A stretch of 64,000 bases of DNA from positions 73,930 through 137,929 of the forward strand of contig CAXHJY010000384.1 of assembly GCA_964016885.1 (NCBI GenBank), written 5' to 3'. A program made the translations under genes and the position numbers. The stretch comes from Eledone cirrhosa (lineage: Eukaryota). Each line of letters opens with the position of its first letter. Within the stretch, counting starts at the first letter, position 1. This document shows positions 49,623 to 64,000 of the stretch, one piece after another. The notes below the pieces were generated by a model. That model saw nothing but the letters and a program-made list of their open reading frames with translations. It made no database searches and was not told the origin of the DNA.

Positions 49623-50234
49623 TAACTCAAACAAATAAAATAAATATAATGTCCCAAAATAAACAACAAAATACATGCTGTGAAACTGAACATAAAACTT
49701 TTCAGATGAAATCCCATTCAGTCATGTTACATCTTATAGAAAGAAACACTCAACATGGATGCTGTCGTTGTTGTTGAGGTTGTGCTTGTTGTCAAGGTTG
49801 CAAGATATGTGCATACAGCTTGATATATGTATTCAACAAGTGCATACATGCATATATGTGTGGAGATGAGTGCAAGTTGATAACTAGAAGGCAGGGAAGA
49901 TAAGGAAGAACAAAGAAAAAGAAACAATGTTGATGACAAATGCTGCTAGGATGCAGCTAGAAGTAACATTGTCAATATGTCTATAACTTACATAAAATAT
50001 TGTAGGTAGTAAAATGGTGGTGTACTGTACATTAAAGTAGAATGTTGTAGTGGGGGTAGTAAAACTGATGTACTGAACATACAGTAGTATAGATAGTGTA
50101 GTGAACATTATAATGCAGTAGTATACTGTGGGTAGTGAAACGACCGTATAACTGCCATTCTTTCACAAAATTGGAAAAAAACAGCAACCCACCCAAGGAA
50201 GGCGCCCTATGAGGCAGAGTGATTATTGTAGTAG

Positions 50235-50300
50235 AGGTGATGCTGGCCGTTCTCTGTGGCAATGCCTTCGTCATTTTGTCTGCAGGGTGGAGCTGAGAGA
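50235..50300 (+). mobile_element. Extreme 3' tip of a CRE element
   Basis: LAVLCGNAFVILSAG matches LAVLRGNVFSILSAG at 24560-24600. Confidence 0.65.
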
Positions 50301-50399
50301 TATCGCTAAGGCTGGGCTGAAGAGTCTGTCACACCCTGTCCCCTTTTCCCTTCCCTTTCATTGTTGACTTTCTTCTTTCATTTTATTTCTTTTCAACTG

Positions 50400-50695
50400 C
50401 CAAACCGCAGACTGGTACTAGACCATGGGCCATTTGGTACTGCGCTGCACAGAAAGAATAAAAACTTTTTTTTTACCATTTTACTGACTATTGCAACTGC
50501 AACCTTATTTTGAGTTGAGTCACATTTACAGTATAAATGTCATGATTAAATTAATAATAAAATTATATAATATGCACTTTATTGTTTGTGTTGTTAAACA
50601 CGTGACTGACACTGATCACCCTCTTCCCTCGTTCAATGGAGAAATTGTCTTGCATGATACTGCTCTGTGGCACAAAATGGTTGGGGACTGATGCT
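50400..50695. mobile_element. hAT-type MITE remnant
   Basis: Ends in AAAATGGTTGGGGACTGATG, similar to hAT-Charlie termini; the left end is eroded. Confidence 0.45.
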
Positions 50696-51738
50696 CGAAA
50701 CGATTCAGCTATTTAAATAGGAAGCTAAACAATGGCTGAGATGTTAACATTTTGAAAATATATTATGAGAACATTGGTAGATTGAAATTCTTAGAAAATG
50801 TAGAAATCTAAATTTTTATTGTCAAGGGACGATACCATTGTGTGACAAATACCGCCTGAACTCTAAGAGTTTCTATAGCCAATCCCTAGAACAGATTTTC
50901 TAGATGTGGAAGGTAAATTTTTTCTCCTGGATAGAGCACTAGTCTCTTTCAGAAGACATTCACAGATGATCTGCTACTTAATCTCTGGTAGTTAGCTGAA
51001 ACATGTACCATTAAATACACTACCTGAATCTACAATCAAATATCTGTAGTTGATTTGAATATGAAACACGTGACAGCAGTCCAATACAATATTGACGTGG
51101 ATATTTATACATACAGACACAGATGCATATATACATATACATATATACATATACATATGTATATAAAGGATCGATCGACTTTCGTCAAATCGGACTGAGG
51201 AAACAATGTTTTCGTCGGTCTTTCCAGTTGCTAGTACTATCTATCGGTCACAACTCCAGGTAGAAGGAGCAACGTGAAATAAAGTGTCTTGCTCAAGGAC
51301 ATAACGCATCACCCGGTCCGGAAATCGAACTCACAGCCTCAAGATTGTGAATCCAATTCTCTAACCACTCAGCCATGCGCCTTCACTAATATATATATAC
51401 ATATATATATACATATATATACATATACATATATACATATACATATATATACATATACATATATACATATATATGTATATATATATATATATACATGTAC
51501 ATACATATACATGTATACATATATATATACATATATATAAATATATATATATACATATATGTAAATATATATATATAAATATATATATATACATATATAT
51601 AAATATATATATATATACATATATATAAATATATATATATACATATATGTAAATATATATATATAAATATATATATATATACATGTACAGACATATACAC
51701 ATATATATACATATACATGTACAGACATATACACATAT

Positions 51739-51773
<35 letters not shown>

Positions 51774-52110
51774 TATATATACATATATATATATACATAT
51801 AAATATATATATATACATATATATAAATATATATATATACATATATATAAATATATATATATACATATAAATAAATATATATATACATACAAATAAATAT
51901 ATCTATATACATATAAATAAATATATCTATATACATATAAATAAATATATCTATATACATATAAATATATCTATATACATATAAATAAATATATCTATAT
52001 ACATATAAATAAATATATCTATATACATATAAATATATATATATATATATATAAATATATATATATACATATAAATATATATATATATATACATAAATAT
52101 ATATATATAC

Positions 52111-52141
<31 letters not shown>

Positions 52142-52378
52142 AATATATATATATATATACATATAAATATATATATATATATACATATAAATATATATAT
52201 ATATACATATAAATATATATATATATATACATATAAATATATATATATATATACATATAAATATATATATATATACATATAAATATATATATATATACAT
52301 ATAAATATATATATATACATATAAATATATATATACATATAAATATATATATATAAATATATACATATAAATATATAT

Positions 52379-52438
<60 letters not shown>

Positions 52439-52542
52439 ATACATATATATATATATAAATATATATATATACATATATATATACATATAAATATATATAT
52501 ACATATAAATATATATATATATACATATATATATACATATAA

Positions 52543-52573
<31 letters not shown>

Positions 52574-52681
52574 CATATATATATACATATAAATATATAT
52601 ATATATACATATATATATACATATAAATATATATATATATACATATATATATACATTATATATACATATATATATATATAT

Positions 52682-53031
52682 ACCCCGTCCCGCCACCACC
52701 CCCACCCCATCCACACCACCCCGTTCTATGTAAAGTTATGTTGGTGCCGCGCCATCCAGGCCGAAACAAATGAGATCGTGTAGGTGTCACGACAAAAAAA
52801 CACACAGTCCACGCTGTAATGTGGCCGTGAAGGCAACACGGTAAAAACCTCCCAGACCCACACTGTAAATGTGGTTGGTGTTAGGAAGGGCATCCAACTG
52901 TAGAAAACCTGCCAGACAGTCCTATGCGAGCAAGACAACCACTCTTGCCTCAAGTGGGACTACCCCGTCCAAACCCATGCAAGCGTGGAACACGGACGTT
53001 AAACGTTGATGATGATGATGATGATGATGAT
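52682..53031 (+). mobile_element. RTE LINE 3' UTR-only copy with (GAT)n tail
   Basis: Reverse complement of 53061-53397 with a handful of differences. Confidence 0.92.
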
Positions 53032-53060
53032 ACATATATATATATACAAATAAATATATA

Positions 53061-54684
53061 TCATCATCATCAACGTTTAACGTCCGTGTTCCACGCTTGC
53101 ATGGGTTTGGACGGGGGTAGTCCCACTTGAGGCAAGAGTGATTGTCTTGCTCGCATAGGACTGTCTGGCAGGTTTTCTACAGTTGGATGCCCTTCCTAAC
53201 ACCAACCACATTTACAGTGTGGGTCTGGGAGGTTTTTACCGTGTTGCCTACACGGCCACATTACAGCGTGGACTGTGTGTTTTTTTGTCGTGACACCTAC
53301 ACGATCTCATTTGTTTCGGCCTGGATGGCGCGGCACCAACATAACTTTACATAGGACGGGGTGGTGTGGATGGGTGGGGGTGGTGGCGGGACGGGGTGTA
53401 TTTTGTTAGAGATGCCTACTGGCAAGGCGGGTCTTCTCTGTTACTGAGTACCGCCAAAGGTCTCGGTCCAGTGACATTGTCTTGGAGAGGTGTAAGTGTG
53501 TGAGGTCGGAGTTTATCAGCTCGTCCCAGGTTTTTCTAGGTCTGCCTATTCCGTGGCTACCGTCTATCTTTATTGCCCTGCACTTTGTTATACAGCTATC
53601 GACTTTCATGCGCATCACATGTCCATACCAACGTAGCCTTCTCTCGAGTAAACAACATCTGATCCCTCTTATCTCTAATTTTTTCCTTAGTTCGTTTATG
53701 CTTTGCCGTTCACGTATATTACTGTTACACATCCAGCGGAGCATGCAAGCTTCGTTCCTCTCTAGTCTGCGTATATCCTCTGCACACAATGCCCAGGTCT
53801 CACTGCCATGCAACATTGCTGTTCGTATGCAGGCATCGTACAACCTGCCTTTCATTTTTAGGGAGAACCCTTTAGCAGCTAATAGTGGTATAAGCTCTCT
53901 GAACTTTTTCCAACCAGTTCTGACTCTAGCTACAGTACTTTCAGAGCACCCTCCCCCACTGCTGATTTTATCGCCCAGGTAACGGAAGCTGTCCACTATT
54001 TCTATAAAACCCTCTGCGCAATTGAAAGAGCTAGTATTTTGTGGGCACTTGCTGCTACTTATTGCACCAGAACACCGGCCACATGTAAAATCTATGTTCT
54101 TAGTTAGCTTACCTGTGATCCCACTACATCTTTTATGCACCCATACTTTGCATTTAGGACATAAAGTGGAGTTTCTACCTACGCCTTTCCTACACACCGA
54201 GCACGACCATTTCCCAGAAGGGACCGCCGCCTTGTTTTCTTTCCTACAAACTAGAACTTTGGTCTTAGCCAGGTTAATTTTAAGTCCTTTTGACTCTAGG
54301 CCGTGCTTCCATGTTTGGAATTTCTTCTCTAGCTCGGCCATTGATTCCGCTATGAGTGTCAGGTCGTCTGCGTATAGGAGTTCCCATGGGCAGCCTGTCT
54401 TGAACTCCTCTGTTATAAGTGTCAGGTCGTCTGCGTATAGGAGTTCCCATGGGCAGCCTGTCTTGAACTCCTCTGTTATAGCCTGAAGGGCAATAATAAA
54501 TAGTAGGGGGCTGAGAACAGAGCCCTGATGGACGCCAACTTTTACGCTAAACTCTTCACTATATTCGTTGTTAATTCTAACCTTGCTGACTGTTTCTTTA
54601 TACATGGCTTGTATAGCCCTCACAAGCCATTCGTCAACCCCTAGTTTTCTAAGAGCCCACCAGATAATGGAGCGGGGGACTCTG
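53061..54684 (-). mobile_element. Young 5'-truncated RTE-clade LINE: RT C-terminal half, PHD finger, 3' UTR, (GAT)n tail
   Basis: Uninterrupted frame 54681-53406: [33 protein letters not shown] (twice), [44 protein letters not shown]. Confidence 0.95.
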
Positions 54685-55182
54685 GATATATATATACATA
54701 TAAATATAAATATATATATACATATAAATATATATATATACATATAAATATATATATATAAATAAATATACATATAAATATATATATATACATATAAATA
54801 TATATATATATAAATATATATATATATAAATATATATATATACATATAAATATATATATATAAATATATATATATAAATATATATATATACATATAAATA
54901 TATATATATAAATATATATATATAAATATATATATATAAATATATATATATAAATATATATATATACATATATTGTTATATTTGGGGAGGGTCATATTTG
55001 CGTAATATTGCCAGAATTAATAACAGAACACACTCACTGTTTGGTTGGTTTTCGCTTCTCGCTGTCTTTTATATCTGCGGTCTAACTTACTCGGTCCTCA
55101 ATGTTGCCATTGACTGACCGACGGTCAAAAATAATACAGATACAATATAGACACAAACACATATATATAGTTTACATAATTT

Positions 55183-55223
55183 ACATAAATCTTTCGTTGC
55201 ACATCTGCAACATCGTCAGTGGT
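55183..55223 (-). ncRNA. Minimal hammerhead motif in a unique island inside the TA tract
   Basis: CA-CTGACGA-T-GTTGCA(gatg)TGCAAC-GAAA-GATT-TA-TG. Core and 6-bp stem II are perfect; stems I and III are weak. Confidence 0.6.
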
Positions 55224-55701
55224 GTTATATTCATTGTTCCTCCTGTTGTGTTGTATGTCTATATATACATATATATATATATACATATATATATACATAT
55301 ATATATACATGTTGTGTATATATATACATATATACATATACATATATATATATACATATACATATATATATATATACATATACATATATATATATATACA
55401 TATATATATATACATATACATATATATATATACATATACATATATATATATACATATATATACATATACATATATATATATACATATACATATATACATA
55501 TATATACATATACATATATATATATACATACATATACATATATACATACATATACATATATATACATATATATACATATATATATATATACATATATATA
55601 TATACATATATATATATATAAACATATATATATATACATATATATATATACATATATATATATACATATATATATATACATATACATATAAATATATATA
55701 C

Positions 55702-55748
<47 letters not shown>

Positions 55749-55847
55749 CATATATATATACATATATATATATATACATATATATATATACATATATATA
55801 TATACATATATATATATACATATATACATATACATATATACATATAC

Positions 55848-55898
<51 letters not shown>

Positions 55899-55913
55899 CA
55901 TATATACATATAC

Positions 55914-56034
<121 letters not shown>

Positions 56035-56227
56035 CATACATATATATATATACATATACATATATATATATACATATACATATATACATATACATATATA
56101 CATATACATATATACATATACATATACATATATACATATATACATATACATATATACATATATATATATACATATACATATATACATATACATATATACA
56201 TATACATATACATATATACATACATAC

Positions 56228-56258
<31 letters not shown>

Positions 56259-56327
56259 CATATACATATATACATATACATATATACATATATACATATA
56301 TACATATATACATATACATATACATAT

Positions 56328-56364
<37 letters not shown>

Positions 56365-56369
56365 CATAC

Positions 56370-56406
<37 letters not shown>

Positions 56407-56964
56407 CATACATACATATATATATATATACATACATATATATATATATATATACATACATATATATATATATATATACATACATATATATATACATATA
56501 TATATATATACATACATATATATATACATACATATATATATACATACATATATATATACATATATATATATATACATACATATATATATACATACATATA
56601 TATATATATACATATATATATATACATACATATACATATATATATATATATACATACACATACATACATATATATATATACATACACATACATACATATA
56701 TATATATACATACACATACATACATATATATATATACATACACATACATACATATATATATACATACACATACATATATATATATATACATACACATACA
56801 TATATATATATATATATACATACACATATATATATATATATACATACACATACATACATATATATATACATACACATACATACATATATTATATATACAT
56901 ATATATATATATACATATATATACATACATATATATATATATACATATATATATACATATATAC

Positions 56965-57063
<99 letters not shown>

Positions 57064-57132
57064 CATATATATATACATATATATATATATACATATATAT
57101 ATACATATATATATATATACATATATATATAC

Positions 57133-57199
<67 letters not shown>

Positions 57200-57203
57200 C
57201 ATA

Positions 57204-57283
<80 letters not shown>

Positions 57284-57284
57284 C

Positions 57285-57315
<31 letters not shown>

Positions 57316-57418
57316 CATATATATACATATATATATACATATATATATATATACATATATATACATATATATATACATATATATATATACATATATATAT
57401 ATATACATACATATATAC

Positions 57419-57473
<55 letters not shown>

Positions 57474-57491
57474 CATATTATATATATATAC

Positions 57492-57522
<31 letters not shown>

Positions 57523-57848
57523 CATATATATACATATATATATATATACATATACATATATATACATATACATATATATACATATACATATATATACATA
57601 TACATATATATACATATACATATATATACATATATATATATATACATATATATACATATATATATATATACATATACATATACATATATATACATATACA
57701 TATATATACATATACATATATATACATATACATATATATACATATACATATATATATATACATATATATACATATATATACATATATATATATATACATA
57801 TAAATATATATATACATATATATATATACATATAAATATAATATATAC

Positions 57849-57879
<31 letters not shown>

Positions 57880-57924
57880 CATATAAATATATATATACAT
57901 ATATATATATATACATATATATAC

Positions 57925-57977
<53 letters not shown>

Positions 57978-58078
57978 CTTATATACATATATATACATAT
58001 TTATATATATATACATATATATACATATATATATATATACATATATATATACATATATATATATACATATATATATAC

Positions 58079-58115
<37 letters not shown>

Positions 58116-58189
58116 CATATATATATACATATATATATACATATATATATACATATATATATATATACATATATATATATTATATATAC

Positions 58190-58222
<33 letters not shown>

Positions 58223-58461
58223 CATATATATATAATATATATATACATATATACATCATATATATATATATACATATATAATATATATATACATATATAC
58301 ATATATATATATATATACATATATATACATATACATATATATACATATATATATATACATATATATACATATATATATAATATATACATACATATATATA
58401 TATACATATATATATATAATATATATATATATAGCACATATATATACATACCTATATATAC

Positions 58462-58500
<39 letters not shown>

Positions 58501-58508
58501 CATATATA

Positions 58509-58539
<31 letters not shown>

Positions 58540-58558
58540 TATACATACCTATATATAC

Positions 58559-58595
<37 letters not shown>

Positions 58596-58931
58596 CATAT
58601 ATAATATATATATATATATATACATACATATATATATATATACAGATATATATATAATATATATATATATACAGATATATATATAATATATATATATATA
58701 ATATATAATATATATACAGATATATATATAATATATATATATATAATATATAATATATATACAGATATATATAATATATATATATATAATATATATATAT
58801 ACAGATATATATATAATATATATATATAATATATATATAATATATATATAATATATATATATATACATATATACATATAAATATATATATATATACATAT
58901 AAATATATATATATACATATATACATATATA

Positions 58932-59098
58932 TGTAAATGTGGTTGGTGTTAGGAAGGGCATCCAACTGTAGAAAACCTGCCAGACAGTCCTATGCGAGCA
59001 AGACAATCACTCTTGCCTCAAGTGGGACTACCCCCGTCCAAACCCATGCAAGCGTGGAACACGGACGTTAAAACGTTGATGATGATGATGATGATGAT
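58932..59098 (+). mobile_element. Third copy of the RTE 3' end in the TA tract
   Basis: Matches the terminal ~160 bp of the 53061 element, with a (GAT)n tail. Confidence 0.92.
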
Positions 59099-59198
59099 AT
59101 ACATATATACATATATATATATACATATATATACATATATACATATATATACATATATATATACATATATATATATATACATATATACATATATATAC

Positions 59199-59229
<31 letters not shown>

Positions 59230-59351
59230 ACATATATATACATATATATATACATATATATAATATATATATATATACAATATATATACATATATAAATA
59301 TATATATACATATAAATATATATATACATATAAATAAATATATACATATAA

Positions 59352-59386
<35 letters not shown>

Positions 59387-59508
59387 CATATAAATATACA
59401 TATAAATATATATATACATATATATATATACATATATATATACATATATATATATATAAATATATATATACATATAAATATATATATACATATATATATA
59501 TAATATAC

Positions 59509-59592
<84 letters not shown>

Positions 59593-59598
59593 TTATAC

Positions 59599-59689
<91 letters not shown>

Positions 59690-59730
59690 GATATATATAT
59701 ATATATATATACATATACATGTATTTATAC

Positions 59731-59761
<31 letters not shown>

Positions 59762-59782
59762 CATATACATGTATTTATACAT

Positions 59783-59883
<101 letters not shown>

Positions 59884-60013
59884 GATATATATATAATATA
59901 TAGATATATATATATATATATACATATATATATAAATATATATATAAATATATATATATATAGATATATACATATATATATAAATATATATATATAAATA
60001 TATATATATATAG

Positions 60014-60080
<67 letters not shown>

Positions 60081-60257
60081 AATATATATATATACATATA
60101 TATATACATATAAATATATATATACATATAAATATATATATACATATAAATATATAGATATACATATATATATACATATAAATATATATATACATATAAA
60201 TATATATATACATATAAATATATAGATATACATATATATATATATATACATACATAC

Positions 60258-60290
<33 letters not shown>

Positions 60291-60296
60291 CATACA

Positions 60297-60382
<86 letters not shown>

Positions 60383-60383
60383 C

Positions 60384-60466
<83 letters not shown>

Positions 60467-60517
60467 CATATATACATATACATATATACATATATACATA
60501 TACATATATATATATAC

Positions 60518-60598
<81 letters not shown>

Positions 60599-60633
60599 TA
60601 TACATATTTATATATATACATATATATATATAC

Positions 60634-60672
<39 letters not shown>

Positions 60673-61213
60673 CATATATATATACATATTTATATATATA
60701 CATATATATATATACATATACATATATATATATACATATATATATATACATATATATATATACATATATATATATACATATATATATATACATATATATA
60801 TATACATATATATATATACATATATATATACATATATACATATATATATATACATATATATATATATACATATATATATACATATACATATATATATACA
60901 TATATATACAGATAATTATACATATATATATACATATATACTATATATATATACATATATATATATACATATATATATACATATACATATATATATACAT
61001 ATATATACAGATATATATATACATATATATATATACATATATATATACATATACATATATATACATATATATATATACATATATATATATATACATATAT
61101 ATATACATATACATATATATATACATATACATATATATACATATATATATATACATATATGTATATATATACATATATATATATACATATACATATATAT
61201 ATATACACATATA

Positions 61214-61288
<75 letters not shown>

Positions 61289-61584
61289 ATATATATATAT
61301 ACATATATACATATATATATATATAAATATATATGTATATATATATATGTATATGTATATATATATATGTATATTATATATGTATATATGTTATATATAT
61401 ATATGTATATATATATATGTATATGTATATATATATATGTATATGTATATATATATATGTATATGTATATATATGTATATATGTATATATATATGTATAT
61501 ATGTATATGTATATATATATATATGTATATATATGTATATATATATATATATGTATATATATATGTATATATATGTATATATTT

Positions 61585-61619
<35 letters not shown>

Positions 61620-61628
61620 TACATATAC

Positions 61629-61659
<31 letters not shown>

Positions 61660-61660
61660 C

Positions 61661-61735
<75 letters not shown>

Positions 61736-62265
61736 TATATATAGATATATATATATAAATATATACATATATATATATACATATATATATATACATATAT
61801 ATATATATACATATATATACATATATATAATATATATATATACATATACATATATATACATATACATATATACATATATATATATACATATACATATATA
61901 CATATACACATATATATATATACATATATACATATATATATATATACATATATATATATACATATATATACATATACATATATATATATACATATATATA
62001 CATATACATATATATATATACATATACATATATATATATACATATATATACATATACATATATATATATACATACATATACATATATATACATATATATA
62101 CATATATATATATACATATATATATATATAAACATATATATATACATATATATATATACATATATACATATACATATAAATATATATACATATATATACA
62201 TATATATATATATACATATATATATATACATATATATACATATAATAATACATATATATATATAC

Positions 62266-62302
<37 letters not shown>

Positions 62303-62486
62303 CATATATATATTATACATATATAATATATACATATACATATACATATATACATATACATATATACATATATATATATACATATATATATATACATATA
62401 TACATATACATAATATATATATACATATATACATATACATATATATATACATATACTATATATATATATACATATTATATATATAC

Positions 62487-62521
<35 letters not shown>

Positions 62522-62530
62522 CATATATAC

Positions 62531-62577
<47 letters not shown>

Positions 62578-62787
62578 CATATAAATATATATATACATAT
62601 ATATATACATACTATATATATACATATATAATATATATATATACATATATATATATACATATACATATATATATATACATATATATATACATATACATAT
62701 ATATATATACTATATACATATATAATATATACATATATATATATACATATACATATACATATATATATATATATACAATATACATAT

Positions 62788-62826
<39 letters not shown>

Positions 62827-63480
62827 TATACATATATATATATACATACATATATATATAATATATACATACATATATATATATATATATATACATACAT
62901 ATATATATATATATATACAATACATATATATATATACTATATATACATATATATATATATATATATACATACATATATATATATACATATATATATACAT
63001 ATATACATATATATATACATACATATATATATATACATATATATATATACATACATATATATATACATACATATATATATATACATACATATATATATAT
63101 ACATATATATATATATACTATACATATATATATACATATATATATACATACATATATATATATACATACATATATATATATACATATATATATATATACA
63201 TAATATATATATACATACATATATATATATATATATACATACTATATATACATACATATATATATATATACATATATATATACATATACATATATATATA
63301 TACATATATATATATACATACATATATACATATATATATATACATATACTATATATATATAATACATATATATACATATATATATATATATACATACACA
63401 TACATAATATATATATATACATACACATACATACATATATATATACATATACATATATATATACATATATATATATATAC

Positions 63481-63529
<49 letters not shown>

Positions 63530-63563
63530 ATATACATATATATATACATATATATATACATAT

Positions 63564-63646
<83 letters not shown>

Positions 63647-63658
63647 CATATATATTAC

Positions 63659-63691
<33 letters not shown>

Positions 63692-63763
63692 CATATATAT
63701 AATATATATATACATATATATATATACTATATATATATATATATACATATCATATATATATAC

Positions 63764-63812
<49 letters not shown>

Positions 63813-63922
63813 CATATATATACATATATATATACATATACATATATATACATATATAATATATATACATATACATATATATACATATACATATATATAC
63901 ATATACATATATATACATATAC

Positions 63923-63953
<31 letters not shown>

Positions 63954-64000
63954 CATATATATACATATATATAAATATATATACATATATATACTATATA

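Noticed and set aside
54685-54995. N-terminal extension of the 529-aa ORF
   Set aside because: Microsatellite read-through upstream of a 5'-truncated LINE, not a real start.

Overview
AT-rich, repeat-dominated animal genomic DNA. The SINE families and extreme microsatellite load point to an octopus or other coleoid cephalopod; this is inferred, not verified. No complete host gene could be identified, and nearly all long ORFs in the track are artefacts of simple repeats. The window holds fragments of RTE-clade LINEs, including a young 5'-truncated copy with a PHD finger and a duplicated YADD motif, five CRE-clade fragments, an R4/Dong fragment inserted in (TAA)n, a Penelope-like GIY-YIG fragment, a Tc1/mariner transposase relic, MITEs and many tRNA-derived SINEs. 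It also has a 29-bp minisatellite, a ~106-bp tandem repeat and a TA-rich tract of more than 12 kb. Two candidate promoter/first-exon sites lie at ~24.8 kb (possibly bidirectional) and ~44.2 kb (RFX X-box). The most notable non-coding signal is a dispersed set of type I hammerhead-ribozyme motifs at about nine loci. One has an essentially complete core and several form head-to-head inverted pairs. Many long, near-perfect fold-back structures are also present.
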